From: a virus
Taxonomy: Duplodnaviria > Caudoviricetes
IMG/VR virus record: IMGVR_UViG_3300023095_000003
Coordinates: 1 to 46,504 of that record
Reading direction: 5' to 3' (one strand)
Length of the DNA: 46,504 nt
Under the pieces are notes generated by a model that was not told the origin of the DNA, searched no databases, and saw only the letters and a list, made by a program, of their open reading frames with translations. A program made the position numbers and the translations under genes. Positions 1 through 8,883 of the stretch are shown here, piece by piece; positions within the stretch are counted from its first letter, which is position 1; every line of letters begins with the position of its first letter.

Positions 1-126
1 TCGTTGAGGGTGAGAAGTGCTGCGATGCGATGATTGAACGCACTGGCCTTACGGTTGTGTCGTGGGTCGGCGGAACGCAGGGCGTAAAGCACACGAACTG
101 GAAGCCGCTGGCCGGAAAGAATGTCG
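1..126. repeat. Terminal direct repeat, copy 1 (circular assembly overlap)
   Basis: 1-126 is identical to 46372-46497, and the primase reading frame runs across the junction. Confidence 0.95.
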
Positions 127-239
127 TCATGTGGCCGGATCACGATCCGCCTGGGCTGGAAACCGCAAATGAAATCGGGGCTATCTTGAAAGATTTGAAC
201 TGCACCTTTCGCGTGCTGAGGGTGCAGGGCATAGGATAA
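3..239 (+). CDS. DNA primase, C-terminal TOPRIM part (continues the ORF starting at 45735)
   Basis: VEGEK...WPDHD TOPRIM motifs, in frame with the CHC2 ORF across the circular junction. Confidence 0.85.
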   Translation, partial: VEGEKCCDAMIERTGLTVVSWVGGTQGVKHTNWKPLAGKNVVMWPDHDPPGLETANEIGAILKDLNCTFRVLRVQGIG

Positions 240-1741
240 TGGCATACACGCTTCAAGATTGGCAATCAGGAATAAAACCGCCTAAAGGTTGGGACGTAGC
301 AGACGCTTGCAAAGATGGATGGACGAAAGACGACATCATGTCTTTCATGCGTGCCGCTGTCGCGCCATGGGAACCGCCATCGGATCGCGTTCCTGCGCCT
401 GTGCCCGCGCCTGTTGTTCCACAAAAGACCGTCACGCAAGCAAAGACGATGGTGCAAGCCGATCCTGCGCCTGCGACCGTCACGCATATTCATACGCGCA
501 AGACGGTCAAGGCTGATGATAGCTGGCAAATCAATCTGGTTTTCAATGAGGAAGGAAAAACAAAGCCAGGCGTCACAAAAAATTGGGCGCTGTATTTGGA
601 AAATCATCCTGACATGGTGGACGTTTTTGCATGGGACGCATTTAAAATGCGCGTCATGCTCATGCGCTGCCCGCCTTGGGAAAGTGAAGGAGAATTTAAG
701 CCACGCGTGCTTCAGGATCGGGATTATAGCGAAGCCGTCATGTGGCTCGAAACCCATCACATGACACCAAAAGCATCGAATATCGCGGCGGTTATTCAGA
801 CAGTGGCGGAACGTTCGTCGTTCGATAATCTGAGAGATTATCTTGAAGGGCTTGCGTGGGATGGTGTGCCGCGCGTCAGCCAGTTTGCAGCTAAATATCT
901 GGGATGCCGTGGAGACAATTACTCGCCCATCGTCAGTGAACGGTGGCTTGTGTCCAGTGTCGCGCGCGGGCTTGAGCCTGGTTGCAAGGTGGACACAATG
1001 CCGATCCTTGAAGGGCCGCAAGGGTTGAACAAGTCCACGGCTCTGAGCGCCTTGTATGGCGCTGAATTTTTTACCGATGAATTGTCAGACCTTGGTTCCA
1101 AGGATGCCAGCATGGAATTGCAAGGTGTTTGGTGCATCGAGATTGCAGAAATGCACCGCTTCTCTGCGTCGGAAACAAATCAAGTGAAGAAATTTCTTTC
1201 TCGGCAAGTTGACAGGTTCCGGCCTCCTTATGGCCGATCTGTGATTGATGCGCCGCGCCGCGCAATTATGGCTGGAACGATCAATCCTGAAGGAAACGCC
1301 TATCTGCGCGATCCAACGGGCGCGCGTCGTTTCTGGCCTCTGACGTGCGGGAAGATCGACATCGCAGCGATCAAACGCGACCGAGATCAACTCTGGGCTG
1401 AAGCTGTTCATATGTACAAATCAGGCGTTAAATGGTGGGTGCAGCAAGATGAAACTCAAATCGTTGAAGCCGAACAAGAAAAACGCACGGATGTCGATGT
1501 CTGGATGGATGAGATTGCGACATTTGTTCGCCTGCTCACCACGATCTCTCAAAGCGAAATCTTTGAGAAACTTAACATCCCAAAGAAAGACTTAGACTAT
1601 CGCCACTCGCAACGCATTGGCCGCATTATGAAGCGTCTCGGCTGGTCATCGAGACGGGATCGGAGGGGCGGGCAGGATCGCGTGATTTTCGATGCGCCTG
1701 AAAAGCCAGCGCCTGAGAACAAAGATCGGATGGAATGGTGA
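239..1741 (+). CDS. VirE/VapE-family P-loop helicase/ATPase with an N-terminal fragment of the primase domain
   Basis: PGCKVDTMPILEGPQGLNKST Walker A, WCIEIAEM Walker B, FRPPYGR, YLRDPTGARRFWP. Confidence 0.9.
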   Translation: MAYTLQDWQSGIKPPKGWDVADACKDGWTKDDIMSFMRAAVAPWEPPSDRVPAPVPAPVVPQKTVTQAKTMVQADPAPATVTHIHTRKTVKADDSWQINLVFNEEGKTKPGVTKNWALYLENHPDMVDVFAWDAFKMRVMLMRCPPWESEGEFKPRVLQDRDYSEAVMWLETHHMTPKASNIAAVIQTVAERSSFDNLRDYLEGLAWDGVPRVSQFAAKYLGCRGDNYSPIVSERWLVSSVARGLEPGCKVDTMPILEGPQGLNKSTALSALYGAEFFTDELSDLGSKDASMELQGVWCIEIAEMHRFSASETNQVKKFLSRQVDRFRPPYGRSVIDAPRRAIMAGTINPEGNAYLRDPTGARRFWPLTCGKIDIAAIKRDRDQLWAEAVHMYKSGVKWWVQQDETQIVEAEQEKRTDVDVWMDEIATFVRLLTTISQSEIFEKLNIPKKDLDYRHSQRIGRIMKRLGWSSRRDRRGGQDRVIFDAPEKPAPENKDRMEW

Positions 1742-1742
1742 T

Positions 1743-1805
1743 TTTGCGCGCGCATAGCGATGTGAAAACAACTGTTTGCGCGCATAATGATGTGATAAAC
1801 ACATT
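1743..1805 (+). promoter_or_regulatory. Tandem imperfect repeat (TTTGCGCGCATA..GATGTGA.AA, two copies) with operator-like site 1789-1805 upstream of the endolysin
   Basis: Copies start at 1743 and 1775; GATGTGATAAACACATT resembles the genome-wide 17-bp operator. Confidence 0.5.
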
Positions 1806-1823
1806 CGTATGGAGAATGTCGCA

Positions 1824-2615
1824 ATGGCAAAAGGTAACTTCAGCGCTGTGCTCGGCGTGACGCTCCCGCATGAAGGCGGGTGGGCGGATCATCCAAGCGA
1901 TCCAGGCGGCGCGACCATGAAGGGCATCACCCTTGCGACATTCCGCAAATACTTTCCCAACGCCACGAAAACCGATCTGCGCGCGATCTCTAACGAAGAC
2001 GTGCAGCAGATTTATCGTGATGGCTATTGGCTTCCGATAAAGGGCGATGCTCTGCCCGCTGGCCTTGATCTGAGTGTGTTCGACTATGGCGTGAACTCTG
2101 GCCCGTCTCGATCCGTGAAAGATTTGCAGCGGGTTCTTGGGATCGGTGCCGATGGCGCTGTAGGGCCGCAAACGCTGGCAATGTCCAGCTCGTCCGATGT
2201 GAAGAAGACAATTCAGGCGCACTGCGCGCGGCGTCTCTCGTTCGTGCGCGGCCTCGGCACGTTCTCTGTGTTTGGCAAGGGCTGGTCAAAGCGGATCGCG
2301 GACGTGGAAGCAAAAGCCGTCGCGATGTGGCTGAAGGCTGCGGGCGCGACGGGTCATGCGCAGACGGGGACGCTGGCCAAAGAAAGCAAAACGGCGTGTG
2401 AAAAATCAGTAAAGCAGCGCGGCGCGGCAACCGGAACGGCAACGGGCGGTGCTGGCTATGCGGGCGGCGATGTCGCCTTAACAGGCGATCCGAACCTGAC
2501 GATTATCTTTATCGTTCTCGCCATCGCGGGCATCGCCGCGCTCGGTTTTTATCTCAAGTCGCGCCAAAACAAAGACAGGGCGGACGCTTATATGCAGGTG
2601 GCCCGCGATGTCTGA
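1824..2615 (+). CDS. GH108 lysozyme (endolysin) with PG-binding region and C-terminal transmembrane helix
   Basis: HEGGWADHPSDPGGATMKGIT, FDYGVNSGP, FGKGWSKRI; hydrophobic C-terminus; GGAGA RBS. Confidence 0.9.
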   Translation: MAKGNFSAVLGVTLPHEGGWADHPSDPGGATMKGITLATFRKYFPNATKTDLRAISNEDVQQIYRDGYWLPIKGDALPAGLDLSVFDYGVNSGPSRSVKDLQRVLGIGADGAVGPQTLAMSSSSDVKKTIQAHCARRLSFVRGLGTFSVFGKGWSKRIADVEAKAVAMWLKAAGATGHAQTGTLAKESKTACEKSVKQRGAATGTATGGAGYAGGDVALTGDPNLTIIFIVLAIAGIAALGFYLKSRQNKDRADAYMQVARDV

Positions 2616-2817
2616 ACGTCTCCTGAAGCTGTCTGAGGTCAGTAAGATGATCGGCTGCGGCCATACGTTCATCTATGAGCGCGTGGGACTTGGCGAATTT
2701 CCGGCACCGCTGCGCTTGTCGTCTCGCTGTGTACGATGGCGCGAAAGCGATGTGATCGCGTGGATGGATGCACTATCTAGCGGCAAGGAAGAGACAGAAG
2801 ATCAATCGGATCGTTGA
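2608..2817 (+). CDS. AlpA-family excisionase/regulator
   Basis: LLKLSEV...FIYERV..GEFPAPLRLSSRCVRWRESDV; convergent with the integrase. Confidence 0.9.
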   Translation: MSERLLKLSEVSKMIGCGHTFIYERVGLGEFPAPLRLSSRCVRWRESDVIAWMDALSSGKEETEDQSDR

Positions 2818-4012
2818 GGCCATCCGAAATCAGGTCGGCCCATATCTGGCTTAACTCCGTTCTGCGAGCGATATGTTGCGCTCGATTATATGCGCCTTCC
2901 ACGGCGTTTGTGGGTGTGTGCGCAAGCATCAGGTCAATCACATGCCTATCGGACGGGTAGCGCTCGTTCATAATCGTAGAGAAAGTTGATCGCCAGCCGT
3001 GCGGGACGTGCCTGTGGTGGTATCCGGCGCGGTTGAGCATGTAACCCATCGCGTTCTCGCTCATGGGCTTGTGGACGTGCCTCGTGTTCGGAAACGCCAT
3101 CGGGCCGCGTCCGGTGATCGTGCGCAGGGCTTCAATGGTCTGGATCGCTTGGCGTGACAGCGGCACAAGGTGGTCACGCTGCGCGTCTGATTTCTTATCG
3201 AGCGTCATTTTCATGCGGGAGGCGGGGATTGTCCATACGGTCGCGCCTGCTGGTAATTCATGCCATGGAGTGAGCGTAATCACTCCAGGTCTTACGGCGG
3301 TCAGTGCCAGCAAGCGGATTGCCAATTTCGTCACGGCATAGCCAGGCGAAGCGTCCACGTCCCTGATGATCTTCCGCGCCTCGTCCAGATCGGTAATCGC
3401 GCGTTGCCTGCCTTTCTTCTTGGGGGCAAGAGCGCCTTTGATGATCGCTGCCGGATCACTCTCGCCGCGTCCGGTGGCGATGGCATATACAAAGACCGCG
3501 CTCATGCGTTGCCTGATCCTGCCTGCCGTTTCTGCTGCGCCTCTGGCCTCGATCATGCGGGTGACGGCAAGCGCCTCTGGCGGGGTAATGTCCCTGATAG
3601 GAATAAACCCGATGGCGGGGAAAACATCGCGCTCCAAGGACGTGAGAACGTCGCTGGCGTGGATCGGTGTCCAGCGGGCGCGGGTTATGTCGAACCATTC
3701 GCGGGCGATGGCCTCGAACGTGTCGGCGGTCTTTGCGCGAAACGAAAGCCGTTCGGTCTTTTTCACCTGCGACGGGTCGCGGCCTTCTTTGAGAATGCGC
3801 TTGGCCTGATCCCGCGCCGAACGGGCATCGGCAAGGGGTATTTCGGGGTAGGGGCCGATGGAAAGCGTCTTCTCGCGACCGTCAAACAGGTAGCGGTAGC
3901 GCCACAATTTACCGCCTGAAGGGCTGATAAACAGGTGAAGTCCGCCGCCGTCCGTGAGTTTATATGCCCGCTCGGACGGCTTGGCTTTCCTGACGGCCGT
4001 GTCTGTCAGCAT
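2777..4012 (-). CDS. int: P4-type tyrosine integrase
   Basis: Arm-binding N-terminus (YKLTDGGGL...WRYRY); catalytic R in TAVRPG, HGWR, LAH and AYNR. Confidence 0.96.
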   Translation of the reverse strand: MLTDTAVRKAKPSERAYKLTDGGGLHLFISPSGGKLWRYRYLFDGREKTLSIGPYPEIPLADARSARDQAKRILKEGRDPSQVKKTERLSFRAKTADTFEAIAREWFDITRARWTPIHASDVLTSLERDVFPAIGFIPIRDITPPEALAVTRMIEARGAAETAGRIRQRMSAVFVYAIATGRGESDPAAIIKGALAPKKKGRQRAITDLDEARKIIRDVDASPGYAVTKLAIRLLALTAVRPGVITLTPWHELPAGATVWTIPASRMKMTLDKKSDAQRDHLVPLSRQAIQTIEALRTITGRGPMAFPNTRHVHKPMSENAMGYMLNRAGYHHRHVPHGWRSTFSTIMNERYPSDRHVIDLMLAHTPTNAVEGAYNRAQHIARRTELSQIWADLISDGLNDPIDLLSLPCR

Positions 4013-4015
4013 GAA

Positions 4016-4263
4016 ATACCCGTTCGGCTCTTGCGATACCCGCTTTTATGCCCACCCTTGTCGCGGCTTCATGGGTATCTTAGCGGAATGTGGCGGAAAA
4101 ACAAAACACCGGAAACGCTGATTTAACAGGGCTTTCCGGTGCTTGGCGTAGGTCTGCGGGGAGTGTGATGGCGGAGACGGTGGCCGTCGAACCGCCGATA
4201 TAACCCCCTGTTATTTATAGGGTGACGTGTCTCTTTGGCGGAATTATACCCGTCTTTATGCCC
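4016..4263. other. attP region: core 4169-4193 resembling a tRNA-Ser 3' end, flanked by arm-type repeats
   Basis: Minus strand reads GGTTCGACGGCCACCGTCTCCGCCA; repeats ATACCCGcttTTATGCCC (4036-4053) and ATACCCGtctTTATGCCC (4246-4263); hairpin CACCGGAAA..TTTCCGGTG at about 4106-4141. Confidence 0.8.
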
Positions 4264-4271
4264 TGCTTAAA

Positions 4272-4682
4272 TTAACAATCTTCTGTGATCGTATAATAGG
4301 GGCGGCGACGCTTCGGGGTTCTTCGGATGGCGTCGGCAACTTGTTGTATGATGTCAACGTCCCGATTATCGAGGTGATCCTCGGCATCCGGCTTCTTTTT
4401 CAGCGCGAGCATCATCTTGGCTTCTGCTACTCTAGCGCACCGCTCACGCTCTAACTTGAGAGCATCTTTGATAATCTCTTGCGATGCGATGTCCCCGCGC
4501 AAATAATTCAATAGAACCGCTGACGGGTCTTTTAACAGGGCTCCTATACGCTCACGCTCTGCCATGATGGCACGGGCTATTATTATTCTTGGATCGTACG
4601 AGGGGTCATGAATATCTCCTATCAATATTTGATTTTCACAGTTTTCCGCCGCCTGCATTACATCGTCTGGTATCTCGCTCAT
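4272..4682 (-). CDS. Hypothetical phage protein with two ERER-type repeats
   Basis: ATGA overlap with the upstream gene; ARAIMAERERI and LERERCARVAE. Confidence 0.7.
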   Translation of the reverse strand: MSEIPDDVMQAAENCENQILIGDIHDPSYDPRIIIARAIMAERERIGALLKDPSAVLLNYLRGDIASQEIIKDALKLERERCARVAEAKMMLALKKKPDAEDHLDNRDVDIIQQVADAIRRTPKRRRPYYTITEDC

Positions 4683-5356
4683 AATCTTTTCCTCACCCAA
4701 TATTTCGCCGTAAATTTCGTGTCCTCGTCCATGTCGGACTTCGAAACGATCCAATCGAGATAGTCGAGCGGTGCGTCTGCGAACGTCGTTCCCTTGTGTT
4801 TGCCGAAGTTCATCACCTTAAGCAGGGCAGGGTATTTTGAAATGTGGATCATTTCTTCAACGGTTTTCTCATCCAGCAATCTGGCGAATATCGCTGCTGT
4901 CACATAAGCATCCGGCAAGGCGCGGTGCGGCGGGCTGGCTTTCTCGCTGTCAATGTCAAGGTCAAGCCAGTACCGTATCACCTGATTGCCGTGTCCTGGT
5001 GCATCCGGCCAGACCACACGCGCGACCTTGTAGGTGCATATCCACGGCGTTTTTGTATCCGGCGTAAAGTGCTGCTCAAACTTGGCGTTGTGAGCGACAA
5101 ACACGTCTGCGCCTTCGAGAATGATGTTCATAATCTCGCGCGCTTCTGGGCCGTCCTTCACATCATCAATGGTCAGGTGATGGATGGCCATCGTGACGGG
5201 TGGTATCTCACCGCGCGGACGAATGACTGTCTGGAATTTATTCGTGATCTCGCGCGTATCCAAATCAACGTCATAAAATCCGACTTCAATAATTTCTGCG
5301 TTATCGTCGTCCGGTGTTCCCGTGGTTTCATAATCAATAACTCGTGCGGTTTTCAT
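4679..5356 (-). CDS. DEDDh 3'-5' exonuclease, exodeoxyribonuclease X-like
   Basis: VIDYETTG, VAHNAKFE, HRALPDAYVT, C-terminal MNFGKHKG. Confidence 0.9.
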   Translation of the reverse strand: MKTARVIDYETTGTPDDDNAEIIEVGFYDVDLDTREITNKFQTVIRPRGEIPPVTMAIHHLTIDDVKDGPEAREIMNIILEGADVFVAHNAKFEQHFTPDTKTPWICTYKVARVVWPDAPGHGNQVIRYWLDLDIDSEKASPPHRALPDAYVTAAIFARLLDEKTVEEMIHISKYPALLKVMNFGKHKGTTFADAPLDYLDWIVSKSDMDEDTKFTAKYWVRKRL

Positions 5357-5733
5357 AATTCTCTCTTGTAAATAAATCCGTTTATTTCCATCACGTCCGG
5401 CATAGGTGGTGGTGAAGCCTTCGGATCAACGCCAAGCGCTTCAAGGCAAGACATCAAGTGCGGCTCCTCCGCGGCAAGTGATATTTCCATCTTTGCCAGC
5501 CGCCAGCTTCGGCCAACCGGATCACGCTCCGCAATCTCAAGAACAGGCGATCCAGCCTGAACGCGAACGATCACGATCTTTTCCAGCGTGTCCGGTTGTT
5601 TGATAACGTTGCGCCAGAACCGCGTTGCAGATTTTCGCGCCTGAGTTTCCTCGGTGCTGTTTTCGCGGCGGGCGCTTCTGAAGCGCAACTGATCGTCTCG
5701 CTTAAACAGACAGGTTGATGCGTATGGTGTCAT
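5353..5733 (-). CDS. Hypothetical protein
   Basis: Coupled ORF in the leftward operon. Confidence 0.7.
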   Translation of the reverse strand: MTPYASTCLFKRDDQLRFRSARRENSTEETQARKSATRFWRNVIKQPDTLEKIVIVRVQAGSPVLEIAERDPVGRSWRLAKMEISLAAEEPHLMSCLEALGVDPKASPPPMPDVMEINGFIYKREL

Positions 5734-5999
5734 GCTATTACGCTCTTCTTTGTATAGGTTTGACTTACTTCGGGTATTAAGCCGTCGTTCTTAGGCTCAA
5801 CATATCCATCAGCAATTAGCTTTCTAGCGGTTGCGGTAGGGTATCGCTTACCATCCTCAAGTGTGTAGTAGGTGTATCCTCCACCCCTCGTAATAGCTTC
5901 ATCAGTGTGTGAAGCTTGTCGCACAAGAGTTCTTCCGTTCAGGCGATTTAGTGCTTTTTCACTCCAATGCTTAATCGGTATTTTCTTCTTTGATGTCAT
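5730..5999 (-). CDS. Hypothetical protein
   Basis: Coupled ORF with ATGA overlaps. Confidence 0.7.
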   Translation of the reverse strand: MTSKKKIPIKHWSEKALNRLNGRTLVRQASHTDEAITRGGGYTYYTLEDGKRYPTATARKLIADGYVEPKNDGLIPEVSQTYTKKSVIA

Positions 6000-6496
6000 G
6001 CTGGTTCTTCTCTCATTTTCCACTTATTATCCGCTTCATTGGCAAGATAATCATCGCGTGACATAGGTATATGAACGTATTCTGATACTATCTTTGCTTC
6101 TCGCGTGATGTATCCTGCTATATACCCTTCATCGACTATATCTTCTGTAACGTCAGTTAATCTTCGTTCGCCAAAAGACATTTCGTAAATCTTAGCGCTT
6201 GGCTCTGCATATTCCACAGCGCGGAACAGCTTTTCTTTATCAGTGTAAAATTCTCCGTCCTGCGGCTGGCCGTCATCAAGGATGAAGTATTTTTTCACAG
6301 CAGCATTGGCTGGCTTCTTTGAAATTTGAGCTGTGGCTTTAGCGATGTAATCCAAAGCACTTTTCTTGTTATCCAATTCCAGATCAATAAGCGCGTTCAT
6401 CAGATAATAAGAGGTCAGTCGATGAGGGGAAATAGATCCCCTCTCAATTATGAGCGCTCGCAAATTGTGCATTTCTTTTGTCAGTTTTGGTTCCAC
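5996..6496 (-). CDS. Hypothetical protein, first gene after an operator-flanked leftward promoter
   Basis: AGGAG RBS; ORF track. Confidence 0.7.
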   Translation of the reverse strand: MEPKLTKEMHNLRALIIERGSISPHRLTSYYLMNALIDLELDNKKSALDYIAKATAQISKKPANAAVKKYFILDDGQPQDGEFYTDKEKLFRAVEYAEPSAKIYEMSFGERRLTDVTEDIVDEGYIAGYITREAKIVSEYVHIPMSRDDYLANEADNKWKMREEPA

Positions 6497-6510
6497 CGGT
6501 GCGATCTCCT

Positions 6511-6577
6511 GTTGCGATATTCACAACGATATACGCATGTATATGGGCGTGTCAATCCTGTTTGTGATTTTCGCAAC
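6511..6577 (-). promoter_or_regulatory. Leftward sigma70-type promoter flanked by two 17-bp palindromic operators
   Basis: GTTGCGATATTCACAAC (6511-6527) and TTTGTGATTTTCGCAAC (6561-6577); TTGACA at 6555-6550, TATCGT at 6531-6526. Confidence 0.75.
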
Positions 6578-6725
6578 GGTGTCGGCGAATTTTTTCCGCG
6601 TGCTCATCCGCTCTGCCAGCGGCAACGCACATGGCCCACACAAGCACATAAATCGCAGCGACAATCACCAAGGCGGCGATCAGCAGGGTTCCTTCCAAAG
6701 TCGATACATTGTGGACTGCTGTCAT
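6552..6725 (-). CDS. Small single-pass membrane protein (57 aa, not in the ORF track)
   Basis: MTAVHNVSTLEGTLLIAALVIVAAIYVLVWAMCVAAGRADEH...; ATGA overlap and GGAGG RBS. Confidence 0.65.
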   Translation of the reverse strand: MTAVHNVSTLEGTLLIAALVIVAAIYVLVWAMCVAAGRADEHAEKIRRHRCENHKQD

Positions 6726-7129
6726 TTTGCTTTCCTCCGGCTGCGTGTGAATGGACGTTGTGCAAGGCCAGCAGCCCTGATCTCTTTCAAAGTGATGGGC
6801 GCTCCATCAAGCGCGTATTCCGTCACCCACGCCGTGCGGATGCCCATCTTACCGCGCCATGCCTTCGGGGACGCTGTGGCTGTCAAGAAGCCGAGCGGGG
6901 TGCGTATGCTGGCCGGACTTCCTGGCGCTCGTCTGGATAGCTCCTGAACGTGCCTGAGATAGTCCATGGCGGGCGATGCGATCCTGATCCCCTCATCCCG
7001 CATGGCGCGGATCGTCTGGATGATCCTAAGCGACTGCTCGTGCGGCTCGTCTGATCCAAGTGCGTCGGATATTGCCGCAAGAACGCTGGTGATCGTCTCG
7101 TCCCTGGTGAGTTTGTCGCTGTGTTTCAT
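6722..7129 (-). CDS. Hypothetical protein
   Basis: Coupled ORF. Confidence 0.65.
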   Translation of the reverse strand: MKHSDKLTRDETITSVLAAISDALGSDEPHEQSLRIIQTIRAMRDEGIRIASPAMDYLRHVQELSRRAPGSPASIRTPLGFLTATASPKAWRGKMGIRTAWVTEYALDGAPITLKEIRAAGLAQRPFTRSRRKAK

Positions 7130-7482
7130 CTTATGACCGTTGAGATTTTCGCAACACTACTCGCGTGCGAGTTGGAGTCAACTGGTGTCAATCCAAGAAT
7201 TTTTGCTACCTCATGACGTCGGAGCATTTTTTTAGTGGTCAGGAAGCGCCATTCGGCTTCTTTCTCGGGCGGCACGTCATAGCCGCGCAGCTTCGTTAAG
7301 ACCGCTCTCCGGTTTGGTTTGGCCGTTTCTGTTTTGACGATGGCTTCCAGAGTGTGATGTGTCACTTGGCAGAGGTCGCATTTGTAGCGCCTGGTTTGTC
7401 CGCTCGTTGTGGCGTGTGTCCGCCCGCATCGATTAGCTTTGTGGCGGCAGTCGGGACATAAAATGTAATCGCGAATGGCCAT
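7126..7482 (-). CDS. Zinc-ribbon protein with possible C-terminal HTH
   Basis: CPDC...RRYKCDLC; EVAKILGL. Confidence 0.6.
   Translation of the reverse strand: MAIRDYILCPDCRHKANRCGRTHATTSGQTRRYKCDLCQVTHHTLEAIVKTETAKPNRRAVLTKLRGYDVPPEKEAEWRFLTTKKMLRRHEVAKILGLTPVDSNSHASSVAKISTVIR
7139..7191 (-). promoter_or_regulatory. Operator plus leftward promoter inside a gene end
   Basis: GTTGAGATTTTCGCAAC at 7139-7155; TTGACT at 7181-7176, the same offset as at 40666. Confidence 0.6.
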
Positions 7483-7886
7483 CACATCACCCCGTTCAGG
7501 CGTTTGGTTTCTTCGATACAAGCGTTCCAGCCATCATTGAAACAGGTGTAGCCACCTCGTACACAGGGCAGCTTCAACGGCTCGCGTGCTGCATCCTGCG
7601 TGACTGGCGGGGCGGCGTAGAGGGGTTTTTCTCCAGAAAGGTCTAATTTCTGATATGAAAACAGTTCTTTCTCGCCCATGCCGTAGGGGTATAAATAAGC
7701 CACAGGCTTCTGCTTCAACGCTTCGGCATGAGCGCGGGCGGCTTTGATTACTTCTTTAAGCTTTAATTCTTGTTGGATTGTGAAGCCACCATCCTTCACA
7801 AGCTTAGATGTATAATCAATTGCTTCCCTTAGAAATTCAGTATCTTCCAACTGTTCAAGTTCTGTCATTGCTTTGGTTCCTATCAT
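7482..7886 (-). CDS. Hypothetical protein (PVAY...PLYAAP and GWNACI motifs typical of phage Eaa-like accessory proteins)
   Basis: Motif recognition; coupled ORF. Confidence 0.65.
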   Translation of the reverse strand: MIGTKAMTELEQLEDTEFLREAIDYTSKLVKDGGFTIQQELKLKEVIKAARAHAEALKQKPVAYLYPYGMGEKELFSYQKLDLSGEKPLYAAPPVTQDAAREPLKLPCVRGGYTCFNDGWNACIEETKRLNGVM

Positions 7887-8128
7887 GATTTTCTAATCTC
7901 TTCCCAGTTTAAATTCTCGGCCAGCGTTTCGTAATAGTGTAACTCAGCGGCGGCTTTGGCAGTTTCAATACTTTTATAAATGCCTATAGCGGTAGAATTT
8001 ATTTTAAGATGAAATTCTACACCGTAACGAATTATATAATAATCATGATTTATTCCCGCTGAGTCTGATTTGCCCCACCTAAGAGGCTTAAATATCCGCT
8101 TGCAGATTTCAATTTGTTCGGGTGTCAT
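7883..8128 (-). CDS. Hypothetical protein
   Basis: KPLRW...AKAAAELHY phage motif. Confidence 0.65.
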   Translation of the reverse strand: MTPEQIEICKRIFKPLRWGKSDSAGINHDYYIIRYGVEFHLKINSTAIGIYKSIETAKAAAELHYYETLAENLNWEEIRKS

Positions 8129-8132
8129 AGGC

Positions 8133-8405
8133 TCACCATAAATCTTCGGAAAAAAGCTCATCACCCCATTGCAATGAACCAGTTAGTGTTTGGTTATTAG
8201 CTAAGGCAATCTGTCCACCTTCTCTACGATTAACGTAGCGCCCCGTAGATGTGAGGAAACCTTGGCGGTCAGGTCGGATGATTGTTTCGTTTAACTGTTG
8301 CAATGCTTTCAAAACATCTCCATGCCTTGCTGGTGCGGGTAAACTTGCGATTACCCCCTTAATATTTATTGCAACTGATACTATGCGTTCTTTCGTATCC
8401 ATCAC
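8133..8405 (-). CDS. Conserved phage protein (RH...QGFLTSTGRYVNR...LFSEDLW type)
   Basis: Motif recalled from many phages. Confidence 0.75.
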   Translation of the reverse strand: MMDTKERIVSVAINIKGVIASLPAPARHGDVLKALQQLNETIIRPDRQGFLTSTGRYVNRREGGQIALANNQTLTGSLQWGDELFSEDLW

Positions 8406-8674
8406 AACAGCCCCCGCTCTTTGCGCATTGCGTCAAGGTCTAAGAGACTGTCTTCAGGGGCAACGGTGCCGCGCCTGAATGATGCGAAGACCTCTGCGTT
8501 TTCTTCAGAGCCGTCATCGCTCCACCAATGCGATCCAACATTGAAACTCGGTTTTGAATTGTACAGCCAAACTGTTCCGTCCGCGTCACGCGCCATCCAT
8601 TTATAATCACCATGCACCGCCGCAACGTCGATGTAATCGGGGACTAAGGCGATCATTTCTTCAAGTGTTTTCAT
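8402..8674 (-). CDS. Hypothetical protein (WMARDADG..WLY..KP motif)
   Basis: Phage motif; coupled ORF. Confidence 0.7.
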   Translation of the reverse strand: MKTLEEMIALVPDYIDVAAVHGDYKWMARDADGTVWLYNSKPSFNVGSHWWSDDGSEENAEVFASFRRGTVAPEDSLLDLDAMRKERGLL

Positions 8675-8883
8675 TTGTGGAAATCCTGTTTTGAGATAAT
8701 TAAAGCCCACTTGAATAGATTGAACGTGCAATGCCACTGTCCCTTTTTTGCGGCTGGTGGGATATAAAATCTGTTTCCGTTTCTGCGTTCTAAAGATACA
8801 CTCCAATGCCATGTTGGCGATAATTTTGGGTGTCGCGTGTATAAGATAATGGAACCATCGCTTGCTCTCTGAAACAGTTTCAT
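8671..8883 (-). CDS. Hypothetical protein
   Basis: Coupled ORF starting MKLFQRAS. Confidence 0.6.
   Translation of the reverse strand: MKLFQRASDGSIILYTRHPKLSPTWHWSVSLERRNGNRFYIPPAAKKGQWHCTFNLFKWALIISKQDFHK

Noticed and set aside
4169-4193. Complete tRNA gene
   Set aside because: Only the 3' 25 nt resemble a tRNA; no D or anticodon arm; better explained as the attP core
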